A stretch of 54,562 nt of DNA, counting the filler, from Sluysia triapertura (lineage: Eukaryota), in assembly GCA_046118255.1 (NCBI GenBank). It is 4 parts of 4 records of this genome, joined end to end, with 100 filler letters (N's around TTAATTAATTAA, not from the genome) between each part and the next. Parts side by side here need not be neighbours in the genome. Positions count along the whole stretch, not along the records: positions 1 to 14,217 come from JBJNIA010003003.1; 3 more parts are not named here. One strand, given 5' to 3'. How positions within the stretch are numbered: position 1 is the stretch's first letter; each line of letters opens with the position of its first letter. A program made the translations under genes and the position numbers. The notes under the pieces are model-generated. The model was not told where the DNA came from. It worked only from the letters and a program-made list of their open reading frames with translations, and made no database searches. Shown here one piece after another: positions 1 through 12,588 of the stretch.

Positions 1-44
1 ATATATTACATCTTAGTACATTAATTTATTTTATTACCTTAATA

Positions 45-93
45 CAGTGGTGTCAATGTGCGGCCCGTAAAGCAAAAAGGTTTGACACCACTG
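45..93. mobile_element. Minimal (49-bp) internally deleted hAT-type non-autonomous element
   Basis: Perfect 12-bp TIR CAGTGGTGTCAA...TTGACACCACTG with an internal GCGGCCCG typical of Charlie/Buster-like hAT ends. The 8-bp flanks CCTTAATA and ATTTAAAT both have a central TA but are not identical. Confidence 0.6.
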
Positions 94-1309
94 ATTTAAA
101 TAATAATAATTATTATTATTAATATTATTATATAATAATAATTAATATTATTATAAAATAATAATATTCATATTACAAAACGTATTATTTTCCTTTTTCA
201 TTTGATAGTTTCTGCATCAATTTCTCATTGAAATGCTTGTTTACACATGTTTTATAATTTCTATGTAATTTAAATCGTAACTACATATTCACTGACATAA
301 TTATGTTGATGATGAGGAGACAAGAGTATTGTAGCTTGTAATAAGTAAGAAATACAAAGGAAACGAATATCGTTATATATTTATTAATTGGTTATGTTTG
401 TAAAATGTCTAACTTAAATTATCTAAATTATGGTTCAATTATTGTCAAATTTGCATATTTTATCCTCTGAATCAGAATGTATTTTAATATTGTGCTATGA
501 CAATAATTCAAAAGTGGTTTAAGACAAGATAGAAAACAATGTGTGGATATATATAATTGCAAATATGCAATGGAAATCAGAATTAGGAAATGTCGACAGT
601 ATAACGTTATCTGTAAATAAAGAAGCTGTTGTCTGGTATTATGATACTAGAACACTTCTTGATATGGCTGGACATATCTCAGTGAAGTAAGAAATGAATT
701 CTACAATGAAACCCGGATGAAACAGATAGATGTATTTATAAGATTTAGGTCAGATGATTGAAGGAATAAGAAGTAAAATTTGTAATTATATACATTTAAT
801 TTTATTATGGATATTTGTTATTGCATTCATTTTTTAGATATTTGAACTCTGGGTTAAGCCGTTACCCCGTTATACCAAACAATAATGAAGAGATATTTCA
901 GTAATACGAAATATCTAATAGTTAACTTAGTAAAAGATAACGTAAAAAATTTGGTATTGTACATTATCTACATTATAATACTTTAAACATAACTTTCAAT
1001 ATGACTTGATAGCATGTGCTCGAGCAATCCTACGTCCGATCTCGTTCTCTAATAAACCTTTACTCCTATAATTTTAACCACAATAAATATATAATATAAT
1101 AAAACTATAGTAAAGTTGAATTTTTTAAACTAAAACTATATATGCTTAAAGTACAAATATTTGCTTTTTAATAATAGATATATAAATTTTATAAGAAGTT
1201 ATTTTAATTAGTTGATAAAGCAGTAAAATCTTTACAAAATGCAGTATTTATTGAGCAACAAAGAAAACTGTAAAGATTATTTTTAATTCATTTAATTAAA
1301 TAATAATTA

Positions 1310-1700
1310 TATTAATATCTAAAATAAGTACTAAATATTGCTTTAAAAATATGATTCATTAAAACATATTTGAAATATAAATATCTTTGTCTTAAATATT
1401 TCATAATAATCCAGTAATTTGACATTCTCTGGTAACTAATTGCATATTTTTAAAACATTACACTATATAAGATATACATTAATATACATTATTATACATT
1501 CTGTACAAACTGTTATAACTTAAAGTCATAGTTATTTTGGTTCCTCGTTTCTATTATTTCCGAAAGATATTGATTTTAAATTCTTGATTTTATTTATAAA
1601 TAGTGTAATTTTTTAAGATTAGGTGTTTCATAAATTATTTTTGTTGATTGATTCTCTAGTAATTGTAAATTCTCTATATAATGAGTACAATATACCATTA
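1310..1700 (-). mobile_element. Decayed 3' end of an L2-clade LINE
   Basis: 1402-1465 is near-identical to 43300-43363 (TTTGACATTCTCTGGTAACT). The minus strand reads TPNLKKLHYL*IKSRI and N*LPENVKLL, matching the L2 ORF2 C-terminal motifs TPxLxxLHWLxxxxRI and WNxLP. Confidence 0.55.
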
Positions 1701-2329
1701 CTATTGTTAGATTTTGTTATTGATATTTTATTTTAATAGCTGTTAGTTTACATCTCTTTACATTATTCTTTTCCACAAAGAGTAAACCTAACTTAAACGT
1801 ATAATCAGTATTCGGAGTCAGAGTCCTTATCCCTCTTGATCTTACAATGAAAGTGAAAATATAAAAACACAAATGATGAATCTTAAGGTTTATCATGTAC
1901 AAGAAATTATGCTCATTACAAAGTAATATTTCAACTTGCGCTTATTTTTACTAGAATTTTAATTTTAAATTAATCGATATTTTTCGTCGAATATAACACA
2001 GAATAAAATACCTTTCTAAGTTATAATGATTTATTTATGCTAATATTAATGTACGAAAAATTATAAACTAGTATGAGTGATGATGCATAATCATGAATAT
2101 CTATTACTCTTAGACCAATGATGCATTTACAATTATGCATAAATACGAAAACGAATTTGATGTTGCGGTTAATAATATTTACTTAGTTCATTATAAGACT
2201 AATAATTAAGTGTGAAAGTTTTAAAAGAATTAAAAATGGCAGCGATATCGTCTAATGTTGCAAGGCATGGTTTTCCATTATTACATTTTGCTAAATGTGT
2301 AGTTGATCTAAGGAAATGTTTCCATCTAT

Positions 2330-2620
2330 TAAAGATTTGTGGTGGACCAAACCAGAATTCATGAATTTGAGCTTAAAAATATCACCATACTTTACTTTCA
2401 TATAAATGTCCATAAACAAATATATACATCATCTTATCAAACGTTTTATAATTATACATATTACACCTTTTAAACCAGCTCATTGTACATATTCTCAACC
2501 TAGGACTTTCCAATTTGTACTAAAATGATCATAACTCCAACAGTAATCATGCAAATATCCAATCAAACCATTACGCAATTAATAAACCAAATACGTATAT
2601 ATTTTATTAACCCAAGCAAT
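2330..2620 (+). mobile_element. C/A-skewed remnant related to the L1/Tx1-like tracts at 7490, 36600 and 44480
   Basis: Starts with TGTGGTGG (2338-2345, reads CGG) like the other copies and is followed by the same strand-skewed composition. Heavily decayed. Confidence 0.35.
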
Positions 2621-2959
2621 TAATAGAAAAACCACTTTTCATCAGTAATTTAAGTTTACAAATAATAGTGCAAGTCTATAAAAATTCTCGAGAAAAGTTA
2701 TGCGAAATTGCTAGAATTATTACAATCTATTATATACAAAACATTAATGATATATAAAAGAATTTTAACTTATTATTTTATTTGGAATCTTTACTTTTAC
2801 GATACCATAATGTTAAACATTTATTAAGTTTGCTACTACAACACATATATTCTGAGTGAAAATATAGAAAATACTGAACAAGGTACAAAGTAAATAAAGT
2901 GTAATTCTAAACTGAAATTTATTCCACGTTTTATTTGAAAATACTATCAGTCTTTATCA

Positions 2960-3795
2960 GATAAATTGAAAGTTTTTGTTGTTCGTACTATAATGACAAT
3001 AATTATGTTAGCTGGATTTATATGGCTTCTTTATTTAGGACCGATAGTTTCAATTATATTAGTAATGTTAATTCAAATAAAGGTTTTCCAAGAAGTCATA
3101 AAAATCGGTTATAATATTTACCGTTACCATGGTTTGAAATTATTTCGTTCTTTGTCCTATTTTTTTCTGTTCACATCAAATTATTTCTTGTTCGGAGAAA
3201 GTCTCATTGGTCATTTTCGAATTTTATTGGCTAAAGAAGATTTTGTTACTCATCATCGTTTAAGTTCATTTAGTTTTTATTTAATTGGTTTCGTGATTTT
3301 CGTTTTGATATTGACTAACAAACATTATTTTAAGCAATTTGTATTGTTTGGATGGACCCATTTGCTGCTATTGATAATTGTTACGAGCAGTCATTTCTTA
3401 ATAAACTATATATTCTTGGGCATTATTTGGTTTCTACTACCGGTTCTGTTGATATGTTTCATGGATTACATTTTGGAAACGCCATTGGTCAGACTCCACT
3501 AATAAAGTTATGACCAAAAAAGGCAGGGGAAAGTTTCATTGATGCTGCTACATTAACAGTGATATTTTCCATCATTGTACCGTTGACTTTTTTCGTTTCA
3601 ATTACTTGGAATACCACGATATCTATGGAGTTTGCGAAATTCTGTGTTCAGAGAGCATACATTAGAATTACCAAACATTTTGAAAAGACTGTTGCCCATT
3701 ATTCATATCACCTATTATTCGTTTTTGAAGCTTAGTATTGTACTGTCAATATTCGCATCACTGGTTGCTCCATTCTCTGGATTCTTTTCTTATAA
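2960..3795 (+). pseudogene. CDS: Phosphatidate cytidylyltransferase (CDP-DAG synthase) pseudogene, intronless and truncated at both ends
   Basis: ORF 2966-3502 follows animal CDS1/2 (QIKVFQEVIKIGY, FRSLSYFFLFTSNYFLFGESL, QFVLFGWTH). A shifted frame at ~3487 reads GQTPLIKL*PKKAGESFI (canonical [20 protein letters not shown]). ORF 3632 gives LSIFASLVAPFSGFF. The catalytic PGHGGxxDRxD signature is absent. Confidence 0.9.
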
Positions 3796-4859
3796 TAATG
3801 TGAGTATTGTTATATATTTTTTGTTATATTTTATTATATAAATAAAGGTTCAAATTTTGTCATTTCATTAGACTCGTTATTAGGCCTATTTCATTAATAA
3901 AAAAATTTTGTATTTCATTAATTGTTTTAAAATTAAAGTTTGATGGTTTTTTGTTAACTAAATTCTTAAATTTTTTTAATACATATTCAATATAAATAAA
4001 AATAACCATAATTTATTAAAATTATATAGAACTAATTATAATTTATCAGAATTAAAATATTTAACGCCCTCCACATGTGTAATTTGTGGTTTTTCAAAAG
4101 GTGTTGTTTATCTTTAGCTTTAGATTTATTATTATTATTAAATTTATGGTCCTTAGGTTTTTTGTTATTTTGATTATTAACTTTTACAATTTTGTATAGA
4201 TATTTTGTATGTTCATTATTATTACAATTAGCAATATCGTCATTAACGTAATGAAAAGACATGGCAGTATAAATATGTTATTTACCTTTTTTAATTTTAA
4301 CTTCTGACACCAATTTGGTTTTAGGCATATTACAATTGTATCAAATGATTCTTCACTAATATCTATATTATAAAACAAATCATTAAAACAGTGCTTGAGG
4401 CACTTTATATTATAAGAATGTTTAAAATTAAAATTATGAACTTTGTTAAACTTATAAAACAAATAATAGAGAACATGTTTGTTACATTTGTTATTACAAC
4501 TAAAAATTGCTATTACAACCGATTTAAAAGCAAAAATTAATTAAATAATTAAATTAAATTAATTTTGTTGCTTTATAAATATCATTTCAAATTGTGGTAA
4601 CATGTTCATCCGAACATTCTGAAGTAGTTGTTCTCAGCATTGGTACATTTAAACAATGCAAAAAATTTTTCAATGATAAAATTTTTTAAATCTTGGCGTA
4701 AAACAAATATAATTATCATAAAATACTAATAACAATAAAAATAATAGTAATATATTCTTTGAAACGACATTGGATGAAACAAGTCTCTTTTAACCTAGAA
4801 GCCTTTTCTAGGTTATATAATTCAAGTGATTGATATATTTTACCAGCATTAAAATTTAA

Positions 4860-5955
4860 TTAATCAACGATTTCCTTCGATAATTTAGTCTGGCATGTGA
4901 TTATAATTTGATTTAAAGAATAAATTGATGAACTCAAATCGAATTCATTTAAGACAATAAATTCACGCGTGTCACACCATTTACAAAAAGTTTTAATGAT
5001 TCTAATGTAAATAATATAGCTGGCAAATTTAGTTTTGTTATTAGTTATTACAAAAGCAATCACATGACTTTTTAACAATTCTTCAGATGCTTCAGGTTTA
5101 TATTTTCCAGGGCCGATTTGGTAATTTTGACTTGGTCCAGGCATACTAACCAAATGAAAGTTATCAATTGATTACATATAATAAAACTTGGATCTTCGAA
5201 TGAATATATATATTTCGAATAACATACGTTTCGGTCTCTTTGACCTTTCCAATAATTTTGACCTAAGTCTATTAAAATTTTGCTGTGATACAAATCCATT
5301 AAACTTTGGACGACTTTCCGAGTTAAATCATGCATTAAATTAGGTATCATTTTCTTGAAAAGCTAACTGGCCATGTCAAGAACGATCCATAGTTTTCGTA
5401 ACAATGTTTCATAAGGATATATATGACGGATAATTTTCATGTAACGCTCAACATCTGTAAACATTAGACTTATATTATCCACTTATGACTTTTTAGTACG
5501 TAATAAACCAGATGGATGTGGTAATCCAAAATAATAACACTCAGTTGCGCGTACTAAATGATGATGCTGTTGTTGTTGTTGCTGCATAAGAAATTGATGA
5601 TAAAGAAATTCAGGTATCATTTTATTAAAATTTTCATAAATTTGGATATTTTTGGGTGCATGCGTTATATGTGTGGTATGTTGCTGTTTGTTGCTGTTAG
5701 TTAACGAAATTTCTTATTCTTAATTTCTTTTTTTGTAACTATGTAACTTTAGCGTTTCTAAACTGATACGATAAACTTAATTACCTCTTTGTTAGATCTG
5801 ATGATATCTTGTTCTAGTTGTTCAGTATTCCTATAATCAGCTCGCCGAATGTTATTGAATTCGACATCGTTAACAAGAATGTTAAAATTTGGTTTAGTTT
5901 TAATTGCTTTTCGGATAAATTTGTCTAAACAAAGTGAATTTAAATGGCTTAACAT
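4860..5955 (-). pseudogene. Decayed ~1.1-kb coding tract with polyQ/H and a SHIPPO/ODF3-like PGPxxY segment
   Basis: Chain of minus ORFs (5955-5758, 5350-5072, 5153-4860) linked by stops and frameshifts. Contains MQQQQQQHHH and PGPSQNYQIGPGKYKPE. GC is higher than the flanks. Confidence 0.45.
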
Positions 5956-6304
5956 TAGAATTCAATTTATTACATAGAATAGGTTTTAAAATTAGAAGTA
6001 TTTCGTGAAATTTTAAAGGTAGAACTACCAAGAAAAATAAAGTAGGTAAAATTTATCATACAAAATATAAAAATAGACAATTTTAAAGGCATAAAAACAG
6101 TAACTTTTAAAGACAAACGAACACGAAAAACATCGAGCTGGAATTGTTTGGCCGCAACCGCTCAGTGATCACCACCAACTCTTTCTGATGTTCCATTTTA
6201 TAAGGAGTTGAAACAGGATGTCGGGAGAATATATAACTGTTGGGGTAAAAAGGCCTAAAGTGCCATTTGGTAAAATTTACTATAATAAAATAAAATCGTT
6301 AGAC

Positions 6305-6376
6305 GGGCTGATAGCTCAGTGGTAGAGCATCGAACTGCGCAGGTAGAAGTGCCGGGTTCGATCTCCGGTCAGTTCA
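6305..6376 (+). tRNA. tRNA-like gene or pseudogene, probably Ala-derived, with an unpaired anticodon arm
   Basis: Acceptor GGGCTGA/TCAGTTC with G3:U70 and discriminator A, D arm GCTC-AGTGGTA-GAGC, T arm CCGGG-TTCGATC-TCCGG, followed by TTTT. The anticodon stem TCGAA/GGTAG does not pair. Confidence 0.75.
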
Positions 6377-7489
6377 TTTTACGAAGTCTAACATAACAAA
6401 AATTTTCAATTCTTGATTAATACTAGTTAAGGTGATGTGTTATTTAGTAAGTTTTAATGTTTTAAGGTAGTTTCAATTTAAAAATTGAAACATAAAATAC
6501 AGGTAAAATAAATTTAAGGAAATCTCACAACCCCGATCTGATGAAGGGAACGTTATAAATCAAATTTATATATATTACAAGAATCAAAGATTCTCAGAGT
6601 TTTGATACTATAATTTAGAAGTGTTTTTGTAGCTTACTTTAATAATTGAATTTTTGTTAACTTATTAATTTAATTAATATATATTCATCTGTTCTCTTAT
6701 TTTAATTATATTGGAACGATTGATTAACAAGCATTGGAAGAGACCCTCTAATGTAATTAGTAGATCAAGCTTTTAACATTAGAATTAACTTACATTAGTT
6801 ACAGAGACGCCATCTTTACGACATAAGACGTTTAATGTAACCGGACCCTGCTCAGTTTTATTTTGCCGTAGGTTAAGAGTTAAGAAAACCACAGCAGCTC
6901 ACCGCCAACTTTAGTTCCAAAACTTCTAACCCACTGAAATATTGCCCTATAATCATTTTTTAAATCTTGCATAAGTCTGCAACCATTTCACAGACATTTG
7001 TATAAATCTTTTCACTAAATCTTTATTAATTAATTATAAATTTTTACGAGATTGATTTTTTGTTAGCCATGTTTTGCTATTACTTAGTACAAAAAATATA
7101 AATTTTTACTATCTATTATTCAGGAATAATTTTAGGAAAAACTATTTTTTTGAATTTTGTAAAGTGTTCCAATGTTAAATTATTTCGAAGAAATTTATTG
7201 AAAAATTATAGCAAAAATAAAAAGTATTATTTGAATTTATTATTTTAAATTTCCAATACATCAAACATAAAAGTAAAAAATATTTAAAAGTAGGCAAAAG
7301 CCATAAATTTACAAAAGTTCGTAAAAGCTTAATATACAAAGCATTTATTTCTTACTTTTTAGGTAAATGACAACTTGTAAAAATACATTAAATGATTTGA
7401 TAATAGATCATCGAAGTTTAAATATCAGTTTTATCAATTTTAGTATATTTGTTTTAAGAAAAATGTTTAATGTTACCTTTATATTAATT

Positions 7490-8345
7490 ATGTTGTTGTG
7501 GTGGCCAACGCATTACTTTAAATATTTTATTTCATCAAGACACAACAAAATAATTTTTTAGAACATTTTATAATTCTTAATATCTTCCAACATTCTAAAC
7601 ACAAAATTTCATAACATCAAAATCATATTCAACATGGAAAGTCATCAAAAAATACACTTTAAAAATTAATATATCACACACAAAACCACAAAACACTTTA
7701 CCTATTATACTATCAAAACCTTTTTTAAATTTTATTTCTTCAAACCCACTAGAACTATTCTTTTTTTGATACATCTTTAAGTTACAATTTTACGACACCA
7801 AAATAACTTCTATATTCAAAATCATTAACGCACATTAAATTTTATTTAAAACATTTTAACCCATAATTCGTAATATTGGAATTCACAATTACATCTCAAA
7901 TTATCATATATACACCTTAAATCAATCTAAAATATTTCAAGTTTACAATCCTTAACACTCAATCTCTAATATCACTGAAAAACATTAAATTATCGCTTTG
8001 AAACCATTTTCGACATTGCAATTAAAATAACATTCCTTTAACATTTTAGTTATCAATTATTTTCTTCAAACATTCTTTTATCAACTCATATCTTTGTAAT
8101 CACGGAACAAATCTCTTTCAAAGGAAATAAGAATTATAATCAATATTTCAAAAGCATTTAAAGAAAGAAAGGAAGTATGCACATAATCAAGAAAGAAAAG
8201 AACTAAAAACGATTTTATTTAAGGCATTAAGTTAAGAGAATTTTAGTTTATAATAAACCATTTTAAAGAAATTTATTATTTTGAGAAAAAAGATAATAAA
8301 AGAAAGATTGTATAAAATATTAACAAAAGAATTTATGTTTCTATT
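7490..8345 (+). mobile_element. Decayed L1/Tx1-like RT tract (leader of composite copy C)
   Basis: Nucleotide similarity to 44480-45065 (TGTGGTGGCCAAC..ATTACTTT; ATTTAAAACATTTTA; TCACAATT). Fragments read CCGGQRITLNILFHQD and ILSKPFLNFISSNP, resembling L1/Tx1 GRxIxDN and EPLxxxIRxN. Strong C/A skew. Confidence 0.45.
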
Positions 8346-8414
8346 TTGTTTTTATTATTACTAATATTATTTAATTATTATTCAATAATTTTAATTTTAA
8401 GTAATTTACATTTG

Positions 8415-8628
8415 TAACTGCCATCAATTGACAGTTTTAATTGAAATAAAACTGTTTCTATCCTATTTGTTGTCAATTACTGACAGTTATACAGGCAATC
8501 AATATATGAGATTATGTGAGTACACATGCTCGCAACTTCAATTATCTTTATACACCAATTGATTTGATGTCCAATCAAGTCTATTTATCTATTTTTATCT
8601 TACTAATTAGGATTGGACGTCCAATCAA
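8415..8628 (+). other. Double-hairpin module, copy C
   Basis: Imperfect IR 8415-8434/8470-8489 (TGACA/TGTCA core) followed by IR 8559-8576/8611-8628 (TCCAATC/GATTGGA), ending TTGG-ACGT-CCAAT (4-nt spacer; 3-4 nt in other copies). Confidence 0.7.
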
Positions 8629-8832
8629 CATGGAAAACATCAAATTAAAAATAGGCAATTTTTATTTTTAGTTACACAATTGTTAGCACTGATACAACAG
8701 AAAGTACGATATAATAATATTATTTAAAAGGTATTTCGTAAAAAAATTATTACCATTTAGTAACTCGTAAAATAATTGCGATGCTCACATTTCATAAACT
8801 GGTTATTTCAAAATAATTAAGGCATTCCAACA

Positions 8833-9960
8833 ATGTATTTTAATAAAATATTTAGTTCTTCATTATATGTGCTGTTCAAACATGTCAGTAGAAATATTGT
8901 ACTCGACTTTCAAATAAATGATGATTTAAAATTTAGTTATGTTAATTATTCCGTTAACGCCAAGCAAATAAAAGATGATGGATTCAAGGACGGATTTATA
9001 TATTTTATATTTTATGTATTTTATAATTTATGTATTTTTATATTTTTAAGAACAAAGTAATTATTCAATAAATAAACATAGTATGTCTCATGAATTACAC
9101 TTAGCACTAGTGAACGTTAAAAACTCTTTAAATGATAAAAATAATGAAATCTGTGTTAGTTTAGTGCCAGAACAAAACATTAGTATAAAAAGCCTACCCG
9201 CACCATTCTATATATCTCAATTAAGAGAAATATCTATGATGAATAAGAGCGATAAAAAATTATAATCATAATTCTAAATCAAGCCTATATGTTAAATTAC
9301 AAAATGACAAAGCAAGATGAAAGTATGGATAGATTAATAACAACAATAGAGGATCAAGTTACACTAATACCTATTAATGTATTCCTACCGTTCTACAGAT
9401 TAGTATATGTTAATTCATTTGTCATGACAAAGAAAGTACCATCGTTGAAGACAAATTTATCGAATGTGAATTCAAAAATTGGTCGTTTAAAGTCATCTTA
9501 TCGTTGTAGCAAACATCTATACATATGTCTATAAATTTATGTTAATGACAACAAACATTATAAGATGGCTCTCCGCCCGTGTGAAACCAAACCAACCGGT
9601 GAATGTTTTAAATGTGCTAGAAAATGTAGTTATTGCCATGGTTTCGATAAATTTAAAGATTTTGTCGGTCATCCTGCAGATCTCAATGGACACTAGGAGC
9701 GAATAAATAACCTCTTATCTAGTTCAGCAAGTTCATCTCAATATTCTCTGCAAATATGTTCATGCAAATATTCTCTGTCAATGCGGTGAACGTTCTCAAT
9801 TTCAATCGCGCTGTTTCTTCATTGGACCAAGTGACACAAGAAGACATAAAACGAAAGATATGAAAACTACAGGTGGCATGTTCAGGAAAATTTTAGACAA
9901 ATTAGAAGTTTTAATGTTACAATTTTGATAAGATTTAAATTAAGAGTTGGTTCACCAAAG
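8833..9960 (+). pseudogene. Decayed mosaic coding tract including RSPH9 (radial spoke head 9)-like fragments and a Cys-rich segment
   Basis: MSHELHLALVNV, IKSLPAPFYISQ and ESMDRLITTIEDQVTLIPINVF..VYVNSF resemble recalled RSPH9 segments (MDADSLLLSLEL, ILGLVADYYIAQ, ETRLVSVIDQIDKAVAIIPRGAL..HVNRTF) in the right order. Downstream reads CFKCARKCSYCHG. Several stops. Confidence 0.5.
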
Positions 9961-10759
9961 ATATCACTACCAAGTGCCAATGGGCGACGTTAAGTATTTT
10001 TATCTAACATCATTATTAATTTTATTTGTAAATTATGTGCAGCTTTTTCAGCTACACTGAAATACAAATATCGGCGTTGGCAGTGACAACTTTATTGTCA
10101 AATTTTTCCAGTTTATCTTCTGTTGACATTGGCATAATAAAAATAATCCGATGACATTGTCAAACAAAATAACCATCAATTGGAAATTTATAAACTAATT
10201 TCTATTAATTCTAGAGAATAAGATTATAACTTAAAGTGCTTGAGATATTATGATTTCGTTGTTTTAAGGGTTAGTGTTGGACAGTAAGGATATAAAGATT
10301 GATGAAGTATTTTATGTGAGTTTAAAATAAGATTTTATGCGTGTATATAGTATTTATAATGTAGTATAATCGCAATAGATGGTTGAACTACCACACCTAA
10401 CCATAAACATTTAAACAGTTTGTTGTGTTTATCCGTTTACTATTATCCCTCTTTCATAACTAAAGAAAAATCAAATAAAACTAAATCTCGATATATTCTC
10501 GATATATAACACTTATACAAATCAAATCATTATATGACAAATATAATTCTATAAATCAACTTCTTTATATCACAGTTACAGTTATATAAACCAAACTTTT
10601 ATATAGTTAAAACACCTCTTTAAATCAAATTCTTTAATAATTATTGCCTAACTCTTTAAGAATCGCAGGGATTACACGACATAAATGTCTTTACCACAAA
10701 TAAAATATAAAATAATGATAAAAACAAAACGAATCCTAACTAACCACGTAAACTTATTT

Positions 10760-11520
10760 TGTCTCCATGTTATTGCTGAATAAAAAGACTCAATGAGTGT
10801 TACCCACCATGGAAGTATTCTCCGGACACCATTTTATGGCGCATATGTCTTTGGGGTTTAAAGTTGTTTTCAGTTTTAGACGTTAATACAAGTTAACTAT
10901 ATTGTTGTTCAAATAAGAAAATAATACACGTGTCAATACGTTCGTTTTGAATCAACTCATAAAAAAGTTTAACGTCTTAAAGATCGTTCTACTACTACAC
11001 TTTAAAAGAATTATATATAAAATTATATTGGGGTTCGTCAATGTTTTTCTTTTTATATTTGAATACTGAGTTTCTTTCAATTTATAATTTTTTAACAATT
11101 TGCTATGCTTCGTATCTTTAAGTATTAATTTCGCAAATCTAATTTTAAAATTATTAAAATATTTATCATCATTAGTTTCCATAAAACGTAACAAAATTAA
11201 TTTCTCGTTTACAAAGAACCAAAGGACTTCACGATTAGTACTATAAAAATTTATTAATAAAACATTTAATGTTATGAATTTCCTACAAAAATAAATTATA
11301 TTAATATTAAAGATTTTGTTTTCTGCCTTTATTTCTTTTGTAGACCTCTTTCGATACAGACAACACCGTTGGGCTTCACTGATCCGAATACTAAACATAT
11401 GAGCTAAAATAAAAGTCAACACATATATGAAATTAAAGCTTACACTAGTAGATTCGATTTTGGTAAAGATTTGATTAGCTAGCTCCAGAAATCCTCTGTC
11501 GATCAGTTTGTAGATATTAA
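10760..11520 (-). pseudogene. Truncated member of an unknown protein family, paralog of 34091-34927
   Basis: TFILAHMFSIRISEAQR..NDDKYFNNFKIRFAKLILK..KNYKLK aligns with TFILVYMFDSWISEEQQ..NDDNFFDNFETQFTKFILK..KKYKIK over about 150 aa. Confidence 0.7.
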
Positions 11521-11780
11521 AAAGTAAACATTTTTGTAAATAAAATTAAAAATTTGTTTAATTAAATATTTTTGTAAAGTAATTAATTAGTACAAAAGAT
11601 ATTGTTTAATAAAAACTTTTATCTACCAAAAAATTAGATTAGCGTTTTAGAAATAAAAAACTATTTTACTAAAAAATTAGATAATAAAACTTTTTAACCT
11701 ACATAATTATAATTATTTTATGCTTTGAATTGACTCTTAATTTTTATCAAACAGACATATACGTCAGCAAAAAATAAATT

Positions 11781-12110
11781 ATAAATAGCTTACGATTCTA
11801 GTAATTTTTCATAACAACACAATAACTATTTTTAAAAGATTTGATTCTTGTAAATCGATTGGGATTCTTGTGGTTTAATCACACGTTCAATACTATTAGA
11901 ATTTTTATGCTTTAATCATCCAGCTGGGACTCTTATAGCTAATTTATTCAATTAGTATTTTTGTGGCTCAATTATTCGACTCTTGTGGAGAATTAGATTA
12001 AAATAATTGTGGAACGTCGTTGGAGAATAAATATTAAATTGGGAAAGCAGACATTTGGAAGCAGCATTCAGTTTTATCAAATTTCAAAAAAATAATCGTA
12101 AGCTATTTAT
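11781..12110. mobile_element. ~330-bp MITE
   Basis: Perfect 17-bp terminal inverted repeat ATAAATAGCTTACGATT (11781-11797) / AATCGTAAGCTATTTAT (12094-12110) with a non-coding interior. Confidence 0.7.
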
Positions 12111-12588
12111 TATAAGTGTTTACAAAAATTTACTGTATTAAAATCTACTCAAAATCATATTAATTTTCCACACCCAAGTATTCACCTGGGTTAAAATCAC
12201 ACTAAAATCTCATTTAATAATTTATTTAGGAGAAATCCTAAAATTGATATATTATTGTTATTATTTACACTCGTCTTATTAAATTTTTCTTATTTACCCG
12301 TGTATCATTGAATATTTTATACTTGTATTATTAATTTTGTAAAGAATAAAAATTCATAGAATACCTATAGTATTAAAGTTTGTTTTTGATTTTATATTTA
12401 GTTTGATTCATAAAGAAGTGAATCTAATATAAAAAGGTACAATTAATTAGTAGTTAAAGATATAAATAAAGACCCTCCATTGTTAGATAGTAAGGACTCT
12501 TTCGTAGCACTGACACATTAAAATCCTATAACTAAGTCTTCTGTGAGATATAAAACTTAGATTATAGGCGGACCCGTTTAACGTATTT

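Noticed and set aside
470-1050. Cys-rich spliced gene at the window start
   Set aside because: Intron-like stretches exist but the best frame has several stops and no recognisable domain.
6740-6885. piggyBac-like MITE end (AAGAG-TTAA) with CTAATGTAA/TTACATTAG inverted words
   Set aside because: No matching second terminus found.
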